Below, piece by piece: positions 1 to 10,700 of a stretch of DNA of 26,356 nucleotides. Numbering within the stretch: the first letter of the stretch is position 1; each line of letters opens with the position of its first letter. The position numbers were made by a program, and so were the translations under genes. Below the pieces are notes generated by a model, which saw nothing but the letters and a program-made list of their open reading frames with translations, searched no databases and was not told the origin of the DNA. The DNA comes from Oopsacas minuta (Eukaryota; Animalia; Porifera): NCBI GenBank assembly GCA_024704765.1, contig JAKMXF010000095.1:9864-36219 (forward strand), given 5' to 3'.

Positions 1-525
1 CAATACAGGAACAATCTATATCTACCAGTCATTGATAGACTGTTAGCAGAATTAAACCATTGATTTAATTCAAATAGTAGAGTCCTTATGAAAGCAATTC
101 AAGCCTTCAACCCAAATTCAGGAAACTTTCTAGAAGCAGCAGAAATCGATGAATTTGCTCAGGCTTATAACATTGATTCCCACCATTTGAATCTTGAATC
201 AAAACTCGCAAAGCGTGCAATGATAGCATTCAAATTAGAAAGTATCAATAGCTTGTTACTGAAGCTTTTACCTCTAGAAACTGCCTTTCCAAACTTAGTA
301 AAGGCCATACGAATCGCAATAACCATTGGTGTTAGCAGTGCACATTCTGAGAGATCTTTTTCTACACTTAACCGTGTGAAAAACAATTTAAGGACAACAT
401 TGGATCGCCAGTGGCTCACAGACCTCTGTATTTTGAGCATCGAGAGTACAAGCTCAAACAATCTAGATTTAGATGAGGTAGTTCAGAAGTACTGTTCAAG
501 TAACATCAACCGTAGGATTACATAA
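1..525 (+). pseudogene. hAT transposase C-terminus (ZMYM1-like group, hATC dimerisation domain), 5'-truncated by the window
   Basis: Frame +1 reads QYRNNLYLPVIDRLLAELNH*FNSN...FPNLVKAIRIAITIGVSSAHSERSFSTLNRVKNNLRTTL...WLTDLCILSIE. The SSAxSERSFS-L-xxK-xxLR and L-ILSIE motifs are typical of hAT dimerisation domains. There is an in-frame TGA at 61-63. Confidence 0.88.
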
Positions 526-728
526 GTATGACCTAAGTGTTTTGGATTGGTTATCGACAATATTTACTAAAAATATGACAACAAGAATAATTTATTATAC
601 TCCGCTAGAGTTGAATATAGACTAGAACATGTATTTACTAAAAACATTTGCTTTGATTTATGGTCAATTTATGTATTGTTGGATGTTGCGTTGTGCTCGG
701 GGAAATAAAAGTCCTAGTTCCGCCACTG
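1..728 (+). mobile_element. hAT DNA transposon, right arm and terminal inverted repeat
   Basis: Ends CTAGTTCCGCCACTG (714-728; reverse complement CAGTGGCGGAACTAG), a typical hAT terminus about 200 bp after the transposase stop. The left end is outside the window, so the TSD cannot be tested. Confidence 0.7.
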
Positions 729-859
729 GAGGTGTGAAAGTTCATCTACTCTTAGGTTGAATAAATGCTCTTCTATGAAGTCGATTGCCTACATTTGTAT
801 AGTTGGTAGCAACATATGATAACTTTAACTATTCATATAAGTAACTCAAAAACATTACC

Positions 860-1420
860 AGTGCATATAACACCTTATCAACGTAGTCCCAGGCTTGTCT
901 AGGCCTCATGTTTGGATAGATGTGTTTAGAAAACTCCATCAGGCTGTAAGTAATCTCGCTTCTCTATAAACAGAACAAACTCGTATATTCATACCATCAA
1001 TATCATTAGCCAGTATTAATCATGAAATAATGAGAAACAGACCTATGTGAATTTGAAAGTTAAAATATATAGTTGCACTAACCATTGTTTCGGGCCTGTA
1101 ATCTTTTAATATCTGATACGCGATCACATCAGGGATGCAGAAGCCTTTTACATTACGTGACTTCTCCAATGTCTCGTGAAATTTCGAGAGACATACTCCA
1201 CGATTCTTGTGATTGGTAAATGGTAACCAAAAGAATAGTGTATTACAGTATGTTATTCCGAAAATATGAGATAATTGAGGAGTTAATTTGTTCATAGACA
1301 ATGTAGACAACAATGTAAGCGAACGAATACCTTGAAATTTTCTAGTTCGTTGAGGAGCGATTCCTTTGAGATGCCAAATTTCCAATTACTGGGAAGCATA
1401 GTTACTTCCTTTTCACTTTT
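860..1420 (-). pseudogene. Additional spliced exons downstream of the integrase, unidentified C-terminal domain
   Basis: A 64-bp GT-AG intron (1421-1484) is followed by a clean 90-nt phase-0 exon (1331-1420: KSEKEVTMLPSNWKFGISKESLLNELENFK, next donor GTATTC). Further open segments follow (NRGVCLSKFHETLEKSRNVKGFCIPDVIAYQILKDYRPETM; KRDYLQPDGVSKHIYPNMRPRQAWDYVDKVLYAL). Confidence 0.4.
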
Positions 1421-1484
1421 CTATGTAAGCAAATGAAACGTGGTGAAGTAAAGGCTTGGGGCAATGAAATGAATATGTGCATAC

Positions 1485-2195
1485 CCTGAATTTCTTAGTC
1501 ACCACATCTGTAGGGATATCCGTCATTTACGTTTAGGCGATTTGGCTTCTGATCGCGGGAGATATTGTCGTGTCAAGTGTAATGGATACTTGCTAAACTT
1601 GGAATCACTACCTTCCTTGAGAACCAATGCATGACTCTCTGTCACTTTAGCTACTGTCATGGGACCAATGTATTTGCCTTCTTTCTTGGTTTCAGGCATT
1701 TTCTTTTGCTTTTCGCATGTGACGAACGAGTATCTGATCTCCTTGCTTTATGCTCGTACTAGGGAAATCTGATTACGTAATTAATTATCAAAAGTTAATA
1801 GCTACATGATTGATTACCTGTTCTTTTAACCTTATCATCGAATTGGTATTTTTGTATTTGTTGTTCCTTGTGAATATTTTCTTGGGCATGTAATTTGGAT
1901 TCTGAACGAGCTTCCATCAAAGACTCTATCCAACCATCAGAATATTCAAGTACTGGAGAGAAAGTATCATCATCTTCTTCATCGCTAGAAGTCCGCGTTG
2001 TAGATTGTTCAGTTATTCCTCCTCCTCAAAATGAAACATGTTAGAATTGTCGAGTAGAAGACTACAATTAATTTCTCTTCCGTACATCAGATAGAATGGT
2101 GAATAGTCTGTTGATGTATTCCAGCAAGTGTTAGCAGCTAGAACAGCAGCTTATAATTTACTCTGCCACTCTGTACCTGTTTCCACTAGCACTTT
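1485..2195 (-). pseudogene. Intron-containing Gypsy-like integrase (Ginger1/GIN-like), end of catalytic core plus C-terminal region
   Basis: Manual translation gives KVLVETGTEWQSKL*AAVLAANTCWNTSTDYSPFYLMYGRE ... AQENIHKEQQIQKYQFDDKVKRT|DFPSTSIKQGDQILVRHMRK ... GKYIGPMTVAKVT. These match the integrase SPFxLMYGR, AxENIxxxQxxQKxxYD, GDxVLV and GPY/F-like motifs. Removing a 49-bp GT-AG intron (1769-1817) restores the frame. Several stops and frameshifts are present. Confidence 0.8.
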
Positions 2196-2281
2196 GTGGA
2201 GTTATTAAAGTAGGCAAGGCAATTAAACAATTATGGCTTGTTGAATTTAGTAGTCTATATACTACTTACGTTGGGAAACAT

Positions 2282-2326
2282 GAATAAGACCGAATAGAAT
2301 AAGACCGAATGGAATGAGACCGAATT
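2282..2326. repeat. 15-bp tandem repeat x3 (GAATRAGACCGAATN)
   Basis: Units gaataagaccgaata / gaataagaccgaatg / gaatgagaccgaatt are read directly. It may be the subterminal array of a non-autonomous element. Confidence 0.85.
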
Positions 2327-2467
2327 TAATTCAAGCCAATTAACAATTTTCTAAAGGATACCATATAGATATGTTTACAATACTTCTTGAAGGTTTCTGG
2401 GGTGAATATATTAATAGTGATTATTCACAACTTTTTAATCCAACTGCATAATTAGCAATTCATACAN

Positions 2468-2771
2468 GCGTCTGGGCTAATCTGGAGGCAAGGGCCTGTG
2501 CTAAACCTCACAAGAGTTTGGACTCTCTGAAGCTCTCCCTTCAGCGTGAATGGCAGAAAATACCACAAGATGAGCTGCGAAATGCAGTAGGGAACTTTAG
2601 GACGCGGATACAGGCTGTAATTTCTCACAGGGGAGGATATATTGAGTAAACACTTTACTAAACAATTTATTGCTAAATATTATATCAGTTTGTAAAATAT
2701 CAACCAAATTGGTTTAATATAGAAAATATGGCAGGCAAAAATATTGAGGACAGAACTTATTAAACACCCTG
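2468..2771 (+). mobile_element. Tc1/mariner transposon 3' fragment (maT/DD37D-like C-terminus) with right TIR
   Basis: After the N the frame reads VWANLEARACAKPHKSLDSLKLSLQREWQKIPQDELRNAVGNFRTRIQAVISHRGGYIE* (stop 2647-2649). The segment ends ACTTATTAAACACCCTG, a CAGGGTG-type TIR. The TA-CA just before the N may be the start of the left TIR. Confidence 0.8.
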
Positions 2772-3096
2772 AAAACTTAAGCAAATCTTAAGTTAAATTT
2801 AAGTTGGTAATCACTAAACAAATCTTAAGCAAAAACTAAGTATTTGCTTAAACTTACCAAAATATCACCAAAAAACTTAAGTCATGTCTATAGTTGACTT
2901 AACTTTGATTGTCTATTAAACTATTGCAATTTTTTGATATTAGTTATTATAGCAAGTGTAGTTTCATTTGAATATAATTATAAAATAACAGTTACAGACA
3001 TGGGGGAACGCCGTTGCCTTACTTTCCAACTTAGCAATACACAAATATAAGTTATGCAGAAAAATACATTTATCAAAAATTGTGGATCATGGTACA

Positions 3097-3823
3097 TTAC
3101 CAAGGGGGGAAATTCGTTGGAAATCTGCTTGGAGCAACGAATGGAAACGATTGTTGTGCCAGGAGATTTATTATTGCTGTTTGATTTTGTACCATTTCAG
3201 GCAGTAACTGGAGTACGTTCCCAATAGATAGCAAATTCTCTTTGATCTCTCTCAAAAGTTTTAACCTTTCATCCTCTTTTACAATAAGAATACGTTTTGT
3301 ATCATCGTCAATGGACGTTGCCAACTGTGAATGTTGTCTTCTCCTACTAACTGCAGGTACTTTACCATCAAATGGGAATGAAGGACTTATTGGCATTGGT
3401 CTGCTGATAGTTGGGAACTTTGTGGCTCAGCAGAGACGTCTATTCCACAACTAATTCCCTCGAAGCATTCTGTACCCCTTATGCTATAGATCTTTTCCTC
3501 CAATGGGGTTAACTCTGTATCAGCTGGTCCACTCCCAGTTTTTCTGATAGATTTTATTTTATCAGCAATTAGAAGTTTGTGCTTACACAAAAGGTTAGAC
3601 CACTTCTTTGTGACATCATCTCTAGACCTATGCACACCGTGTTGACTTGTTAACCACTCGCAATTTGATCCCAAAGTGAAGATTTTTCTTCGAATGTTAG
3701 CGATGCACTAAAGCTACCAAACAGCCTAGATTTATTTTCTTCTACAAAATCAACTAATGTATTGATTTCTTCCTGCGAGTAATTTTTCGATCTTGTTTTA
3801 GTTTTATCTTGTTGAAGGTCCAT
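3097..3823 (-). pseudogene. Myb/SANT-like DNA-binding protein (Myb_DNA-bind_5, Harbinger ORF2 type), two frameshifts
   Basis: ATG at 3823: MDLQQDKTKTRSKNYSQEEINTLVDFVEENKSRLFGSFSASLTFEEKSSLWDQIAS / LTSQHGVHRSRDDVTKKWSNL...IRKTGSGP..ELTPLEEKI...GISCGID. This is followed by a coiled-coil-like tail (KEDERLKLLREIKENLLSI). Frameshifts fall near 3655 and near 3400. Confidence 0.85.
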
Positions 3824-4070
3824 TTTTCGAATTTATGATATAAACACTAGAAGTGTTTTCGAAGATTTATATAATTTAGAACTATTTAACTTTTCTCAGC
3901 TGCTGGATCAATCTATAGTATCTTTCACTACCTTATAATTGTTTTAGATTTTACACAGTTATTATCAAACATTATTGGGTAATTCACCAACACTCTTCAA
4001 TATGGCTTTCGGTGTCATATTATTATCACATGTTACCATATTAGTAAACGGATTAGGAAACTATGATGTA

Positions 4071-4307
4071 CTGTATTTACTCGTACGTGAATATTTGCCA
4101 ACCCAAAAATATTTCCCAACCATCTCTTTCGGTCCATGCTCGAACGGTATTTGATAGAGAAATTTCAGGAATATGGTCATGGTGCTATGACATCTTAGAT
4201 TAATGGAATTTCCCAAATCGAGATCAAATTCCAAATTTGTAGTTGAGAGGGCGAGAAATCGTAGACTAAAAATTGAGGCCGACTACTGTTCGAGTAAATA
4301 GATACAG
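4071..4307. mobile_element. pogo/Tc1-mariner-type MITE nested in the Harbinger element
   Basis: TA|CTGTATTTACTCG at the left and CGAGTAAATA(GATA)CAG|TA at the right form imperfect TIRs with a TA duplication. Confidence 0.7.
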
Positions 4308-4510
4308 TATTACACATAGGTTATTATACTTAAGTTTTGCTTATAACTTAAGCAAATCTTAAGTATTCTATTAAGTTTTGAATATTTAGGAATACTTAAC
4401 GAAAACTTAAGTTCTACTTAAGAATTGTTGAAGTTTTACTTAACTTTAAGTTAAGCAAAACTTAAGTTGTTTAGTGGATGAAGCCCCTGTTTCATCACTG
4501 ATTAGCCTCG

Positions 4511-7393
4511 ATGTCCAACACTTGCTCTGCACCTGGATGCCGGAGTAATTATTCAGGGGAGCCATATACACGAGTATTCAGATTACCCTCAAACTCTGAA
4601 CTTAGAGAAAAATGGCTACGCGCTCTGCACAGGGAGGATATTAAAGATCTAAAAAACGTATTTGTTTGGTCTAATCACTTTCGCACTGAAGATGTCATCA
4701 CTGAAATGGATATGCCTCAACCTGATGGCTCACTACAAAATATTTCTCGGCGACCAATTCTACATAAGAACGCTATACCTTGTCTTCTTCCCAGTTGTCT
4801 CAAGTATCCTAGCTCATCATCCCCGAAGCCTGAACGTTTAGATCGTGGGAAGATCGAGAGTAAATTGTTTTCTCAAGCCTTAGAACAGAGCCTTGATCTT
4901 CATAAAGCGGAGTATAGTAAGTTCGGTGTCAAATCATTAGGAGAGCTAAAATGTAAACTCGAAGAATTTGAACTACCTTCATCTTGGGTTAAATGGTTTT
5001 GAGATGACACGTCTAGTAACTCACTAAAGCTGACAGAAAACAAACATATATATATATACCAACATATGCTTCAATTAATAACTCCTTAACACCTACAGAG
5101 TTCTATCAAAACATTCAAATTCCTCTCACAATACACAATCTCAGTGATATTCGAGAAATTGATACCATCATCAGCGAGGTTTCCGCATACACTAAGGACC
5201 CTATTGAAAGCTGTATTCGCCACGATACTTCTAACATTGAAAGTACGATTTCGAAGATAGGAACTTCGAACGATATCCTAGAGAAATATTCAGAATTGTT
5301 ACTCCAGTCAAAATTTCTACTGTGCCAGCTTGAGAATACACTAATTCTTAAAAATCGAAGACGGTGCAATATTGTTACAAAGGTGCTAGCTCTAAAATCT
5401 CATTTGAAATCTTCTACCTGCTACAGCTACTTACAGTCTTTGAATTGTTTAATATTTACCCACTCAACAACCCTACGTAGTCTTTATGGAACTATAGGCT
5501 TAGAGTGTGAGTTGTAAACATATTTGAAGGTTTCTACTACTAATTTCAATAACCAAGAAAGGAATGTTGCATTACATATGGATGAAATACATGTCAAATT
5601 AGAGTTTTCTTGCACAGGTGGGAGAATACTCGGCTCTTCAACTACACAGAACGAAGCATCCAATACAGTTCTAGCATATATGTTATCAAGTCTATGCAAA
5701 AAATGGCCTACTGTTGTACGACTCCTACCTTGCGCAAATCTTCAGCTGCTCAAATACTACCTATTTTACATAAAATAATCAAGGATATAGAAAATTGCAA
5801 TCTTCAAATTCAAGTTATTTGCACAGATAACTGCCCTCTGAATGTGAATCTGTTTAAGTTACTATCCCCTGTTTCCAATTTTGAAACCTAGGTTCCTCAC
5901 CCATTAGACACTTGTAGACCTCTGTAACTTATCTTCGACTTTGTTCACATCATCAAAACAGTAAGAAATAATTGGATAAATCAAATCGATTCTAATCACA
6001 CGTTTAGCTGTCCTTCATTCGTATCTTGCGAATATACTTTAAAGGTACCATTTCAAGACCTTCGGAATCTCTTTAAACTTGAGCAAAATTCTGTCGCTAA
6101 AACAGCCCACCGATTAACAGCCAAATCTTGCTGGCCATCTAGCCTTGAAAGACAGAATGTCAATTTAGCACTTCGCATTTTTGACGACTCAACTGCTGCA
6201 GCTTTAACACTCCATGCTTCTAAATATGGTCAAGTTTCAGGAACAGCTCAGTTCATTAACCTTATTTGTAAGGTATGGAAGATCTTCAACATTAATATAC
6301 CTAATAAAGCCATCTGTCTAAATGACGAGCTTTCTATGCCACTACAGAGTAATCACATTCGGTTTGTATTCCTTTCAGATGTTGTGAAATGGCTTGATGA
6401 ATGGAGAACTTTACCCCAAAAGCATGGAAAACTCACTGCGCAAACCTTTACCAGTTTTCGCCATTCGTGTACTGTCCTTGAAGGGATAGTCAACCATCTT
6501 ACCAAAAACTGTGGTTTTGCCTATGTTCTTAGTTCTTTCCTTCAAAACGACCCAATCGAACATCACTTTGGGATTAACCGAATGATGAGCGGTTCCCAGT
6601 ACAATATTACATTTTGCCAGGTTTTGCAAAGTGAGAGACTATTTAGGGTTTCTGCAATTCTGAAGTTGTTCTCCTCTAGTCTTCGGGTGAGAGTTCAATC
6701 TCATTAAAAGAATTTTTAAAGTCATTTTCAATCTCCGAAGAATCTAGCGATAACATTATAGTCGATTTAGACCCCTATAACAGAGTGTTCAATGAAGAGG
6801 AGACACCAATCATACTCGATATTTTTTCCTCATTCAATCTTTAGCCTTTATTGCCGGTTGTGTTCATTCCATCTTCAAAAGTGCTTTCTATTCTAAGCGA
6901 GGTATTACCCACTCTTCTGGCGTAAGAGATACTGAAGAAGCAGTATTGCTCTCAGTGTTTGTCAAGTCTTGTTCAAGAAGATACTTTCGAATTAGATATA
7001 ACTGATCCCGTCTATGGTTTAATATGTGCGATTAACAGAGGAGGCGAATTCACCGGAAGTCGAGGTCATGAACTTCGTCAACATTAAAACACCTTCCAGA
7101 TGAGGTCCTAGCTTTACCTAAGATCAGAGAAGTATCTCTTTATAGCAAGTCCATTCCGGAAGATCTTAGTTTCCTTGACATTAAATGTAATCGAGAGTAA
7201 TGAAACTGAGTTTTGGAAAAACAAGTGCACTACTTGTGACTTAATAGGATGGAATATCTTAAAGAAGATTATTATTTCAGCAACCAATTGTATCCTAGCT
7301 AACAAAGTGAAGAAGATGAATTCGTTGAAAAGGAGATTAACTGAAAGCTCGCATAACTCTCGTAAATACACCAAATTCAAATCAAATAATTAG
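4511..7393 (+). pseudogene. P-element (THAP9-like) transposase, near full length, multiple stops and frameshifts
   Basis: THAP domain MSNTCSAPGC..FRLP..KW..FVWSNHF..NAIP (the third Cys is replaced by Trp). Catalytic and other motifs: MDEIHVK (D 5581), CTDN (D 5826), IFDFVHIIKTVRNNW (D 5937), ERQNVNLALRIF (GTP-binding region) and LQNDPIEHHFG (E 6558). The C-terminal region has LAFIAG, INRGG and CTTC. No introns are needed to join the frames. Confidence 0.92.
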
Positions 7394-7853
7394 TAATTTT
7401 GATGTTGGCAGTCTCTTTGTTGCCATAGCATTTCTTATTTCTTTATATATACAATTATTGTTGTAGTGTAAATATGATAACTTTCTATCTACCATTTGGT
7501 ACGAATATTGTTAAATACAATGGAATTAATCTCAATATATCATATTCAATATATGCACTTTAAGTAATCCATGGTCCAAATGAACAGTGACGCCCTATAT
7601 TACGTAGGTAACGACTCGCCTTATACCAGAATTCGTACTAATTATATTTATTAATGAGTTTCCAATGTACATATACGTTAAATTATACATATAGGCAGTA
7701 TAGTAATATTTCTTTTGTTTTATGTCATTTAGTTGAGAAGTAGAGTAGATAATCCGTCAGTTGTTAGGACATGATGTGAATCATTTACCGAAGATTCATG
7801 GTCTGTACTTTCATGAGCAGGGAATCCTTTGAGCCTGCATTTTGCTGAATATA

Positions 7854-8398
7854 GGGTAGATCTCTAAAATCCGAGTCGATTGTGTAATCCAGCACCGCGG
7901 ACCATTAAGTTGTCATTAGTTAGAATTTTGAAGTTTGAAATTAGTAAGAAAGAAATTTTCAATAACTTGGCGATAGTCAGAAAGCTTTTCGGTAAGTTGT
8001 CTAAAGTTAGAATGATTTTAAAAGATGTTGGCATTAGTCAGAACGAGTAGCCTGACTTTGATAGAAAATTAAGAAAGAGATCGAAAACATGTAATGTAGG
8101 CATTAATGGAAATCTGTGATGTTCCAAGTACCGGTTTTCAAAAGTCTTGAAGACTTGCGAGCTCATTACTACTAGGCTCAAACACTTACTATACTTTTCG
8201 CGCGTGTAATAATTATAGAAGGATGGGAGATTAAAGATTTACAAAATTTTTGTCTAGCAATGCCAACTGTCTGACTTATAGGGGATTTCAGAGAAAAAAG
8301 TTTCAAAATACTTCTGACTAACGCCAACATACAAAATAAACATTCTCACGCCAACTTACAGAAAAAGCATCCTGACCAATCCGTCCAATAAGCTGCCC
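7854..8398. mobile_element. Foldback-like MITE with modular inverted arms
   Basis: Bounded by TA|GGGTAGAT and AGCTGCCC|TA. The left arm carries a ~20-bp motif (consensus AAGTTGGCRTTAGTCAGAA) at 7906, 7963, 7993 and 8024. The right arm carries its reverse complement at 8312-8331 and 8343-8358. Confidence 0.65.
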
Positions 8399-9750
8399 TA
8401 CTCCAATTATCCTGGAATTCAGGCGGATATCGGATAGTATTGGTGACCTACAGAAAAATTCCATTCAATATCCAAAAAAGCGTTCTATTGAACTACAATA
8501 TTTACTATGAATAATACATAGATATATAAAAGTTGTCAATTATTAGCTTATGAACTTTTACACATAGCAATTTCTAATAGGTTCACATTAACTTAACACA
8601 ATAAGTGAGATTTTGCCGGATATTGTTACCAACAGCTCTGACACTACTAGAGCTATATGTACATATGCGAGGATTATTGTCAGAAGTAAAACTCCAAAAC
8701 ACTATAATACAACCCCGCTTTGGAATCATTTTCAGTACTTTCACAAAGAATTTTATGAGCACAAAGAATACAAATAGAAGAGATTAATTCCCAAAGAGGC
8801 GAATTTGGTGACGTAGATGTCAACTTTATCTCATAAAATCTAAACTTTCCTAAATACCTGACCTAGGAGATGACCTATCTCACTACAATAGTTTGAGTTT
8901 CTTGACTGTGATCCAAGGCGGTGGATTGAGATGCTATCTACCCCCTTAAAATAGATCCGATACATATATAACATGAAAATTATTGAAAGTAGATATACGT
9001 TACTTTGAAACTAGTTTACTACCCCCTAGGAAAAGTATAATTAAACAATTACTGCCGAAGTGTTATATTCGTAGTGAAAGGAACACTAAATTTTGCCACT
9101 TCGTTTAAACTAATTCTCGCGCAAAACGAGTAGTTAGCGCCATTTTTACGCCATCAAACGGCAGTATTTGGTTAATACACTGTTCATAATGTTCATAATA
9201 AGCAAACGTACCCAAGAATATAAAATAATTGTCCTGAATTCTTAAAATGGAATCACATGGGAACCAAGTTTTAAACTTGAATCAATTCAATAAAAAAGAA
9301 TCTAAATGGCGAAGGTTCACATATCTTTTGCAGTTCTTTGCAATTAGGAATCTAAAAACTTGGGATTAATTATAGTATCACTGATTTCTGATGGATTTAC
9401 GAAATCCCAGGGTGGTATCTCTGTACAATGGTAATCGCTTATAAAGAACACACTTGAGAGTAATAAAATATCTCTTTATTACCTGTATGAATAAACAAGA
9501 GTATATGAGGACGATTTCCAGAGGATTATTTTCATTTCAGATTTGTTCCTACAATAGTGGTTCTTATAAGCTATACCCATTGTACCCACATTGTACAAAC
9601 AAACGTTAGTGAGATAATTAGGACTACATCTCTCAGCTAAAAACATTTAATGAAAGCAAGGCCCTAAGCCAGAATTTATTCGCATTTCATGTTCGCTTTC
9701 TAGACCCTGAAATATCTTGGATCAGCAAATGTGCAGGTAAAAGTAAGTGT

Positions 9751-9770
9751 GAACCCTGGCTACGCTACTG
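9751..9770 (-). mobile_element. Orphan hAT-type terminus in the tetraspanin intron
   Basis: GAACCCTGGCTACGCTACTG reads CAGTAGCGTAGCCAGGG on the other strand. No partner end or TSD was found. Confidence 0.45.
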
Positions 9771-9924
9771 TTAACGGACGATAATCGATACATTAGTTTT
9801 TGTTGAATTGGTGACTTTTCAGGATTCTTGGGTACTGATTTTCCAACTAATTGATAATCTTTGGCGGACAATAATCACCGCTTAGGCTAATACACACACA
9901 CCACGTGAATATATATATATATAC

Positions 9925-10550
9925 CTGGAAATACAACCAATTGTCTCAATATTTGATAATCTTGTCTGGTCTAAGGGATTTCGCACAGAATAGCCACATT
10001 GTGAGTTTATCTGCTGAGTTGGAATACAACATGAGCTTGGAACACCGCATGCTTCAATTCCTAAGGCGGAGCAATTAAAGTAACGATTAATATTCCAATC
10101 CTGATAGGAATTGCTGCCACAGCAGGAGAGGTAATTTTGTACTAAATCCACAGCTGCACGAAGATCGGAATTTTCTCTATATTCTTGGATAAAAAACAAT
10201 ATGGCAGTATTCGCTTGTTCTGTAACTAAGGACCGTGCAGCAAAAATAACAATGACAAAAACGATCTGGATAAGCAGAAATAGTCCAACAGCAACTATAT
10301 ATATAATCAAAAATATCCGTATTTCTCTCAAAGAACCAATTGCACCAAAAAAACCAAAAATAAGCAGAATAACACCAAAAATAATTATCGCAATGGCTGG
10401 ATCAGAAATAGCTGAGGAAATTTGTGATAATCTTTGAGTTTCTATGCGGGCGTATATCCCAATTGCAAAAAGAAGAAGTCCAATGCAGAGAATAAACACA
10501 TTGAAAGCAAGTGAAATGAACTTGAGTAAATACAATAACCAGGGCATAAT
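9925..10550 (-). CDS. Tetraspanin, TspanC8 subgroup (TSPAN5/14/15/17/33-like), main exon TM1-TM3 plus EC2
   Basis: Stop-free frame with three TM segments, GFFGAIGSLRE, and an EC2 with CCG, DWxxNxYFNCS, EACGVPSSCC, QCG and GC (8 Cys). The exon ends in phase 2 at GCIS-AG|GTATAT (donor 9924-9923). The ORF-track tail YIYIYSRGVCVLA is intron read-through. Confidence 0.93.
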
Positions 10551-10607
10551 CTAAGAATTAAATCAAGATATGAATAAGATATTAGTCTATCCTAGTACTA
10601 TAGAGAC

Positions 10608-10700
10608 CTGAGACTTCTTCCAGCAGTCAGATCTCTCTGAAATTTTCACAGAGAATGTGGATCGTTGAGTGAAACCAAAAATGTGATAATAATTGAACAT
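10608..10700 (-). CDS. Probable first coding exon of the tetraspanin (N-terminal cytoplasmic tail)
   Basis: ATG at 10700 gives MFNYYHIFGFTQRSTFSVKISERSDCWKKSQ (31 codons). A 57-bp GT-AG intron (10551-10607, acceptor TTAATTCTTAG) joins it in frame to IMPWLLYLLKF. The donor GTCTCT is weak. Confidence 0.55.

Larger units (their letters stand above)
2772..4486 (-). mobile_element. Non-autonomous Harbinger (PIF/Harbinger) element retaining only the Myb/SANT gene
   Basis: The right terminus ...TTTAGTGGATGAAGCCC reads GGGCTTCATCCACTAAACAACTTAAG on the other strand. Both ends carry CTTAAG-rich subterminal arrays (2772-2905, 4325-4470). CTG flanks both sides (2769-2771, 4487-4489). A Myb-like ORF lies inside, no DDE transposase is visible, and the left TIR proper is missing. 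Confidence 0.7.

Noticed and set aside
165-461. Antisense and shadow ORFs (165-461, 3242-3454, 5115-5369, 5484-5699, 6411-6629, 7114-7380, 10201-10437, 17810-18233, 20643-20843)
   Set aside because: They overlap recognised coding sequence on the opposite strand or frame and carry no motifs of their own.
2282-2326. CRISPR-like interpretation of short repeats here and at 7906-8043 and 10940-11000
   Set aside because: There are no unique spacers of regular length or cas genes, the context is eukaryotic, and the repeats fit transposon subterminal arrays.
2266-7660. Idea that the whole P-element block was inserted into the Ginger gene (TTACGTTG versus TTACGTAG as TSD; SGIRRVVT upstream)
   Set aside because: The TSD is imperfect, there are no matching TIRs, an N intervenes and the YHPQxNG motif is not recovered.
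7580-9188. 10-bp inverted pair ATGAACAGTG / CACTGTTCAT
   Set aside because: Matches of this length are expected by chance in 26 kb, and there is no TSD.
8588-9548. Model using 9483-9548 plus 8588-8701 as the missing TM4 exons (LFIQ|CFGVLL)
   Set aside because: It needs a frameshift and a stop in the first piece and skips a strong acceptor at 9421. The exon at 15878-16031 fits without edits.
9882-9924. ORF-track C-terminus RYIYIYSRGVCVLA* of the tetraspanin
   Set aside because: It is read-through into an intron (AG|GTATAT donor, (TA)n and (TG)n runs) and contains no TM4.
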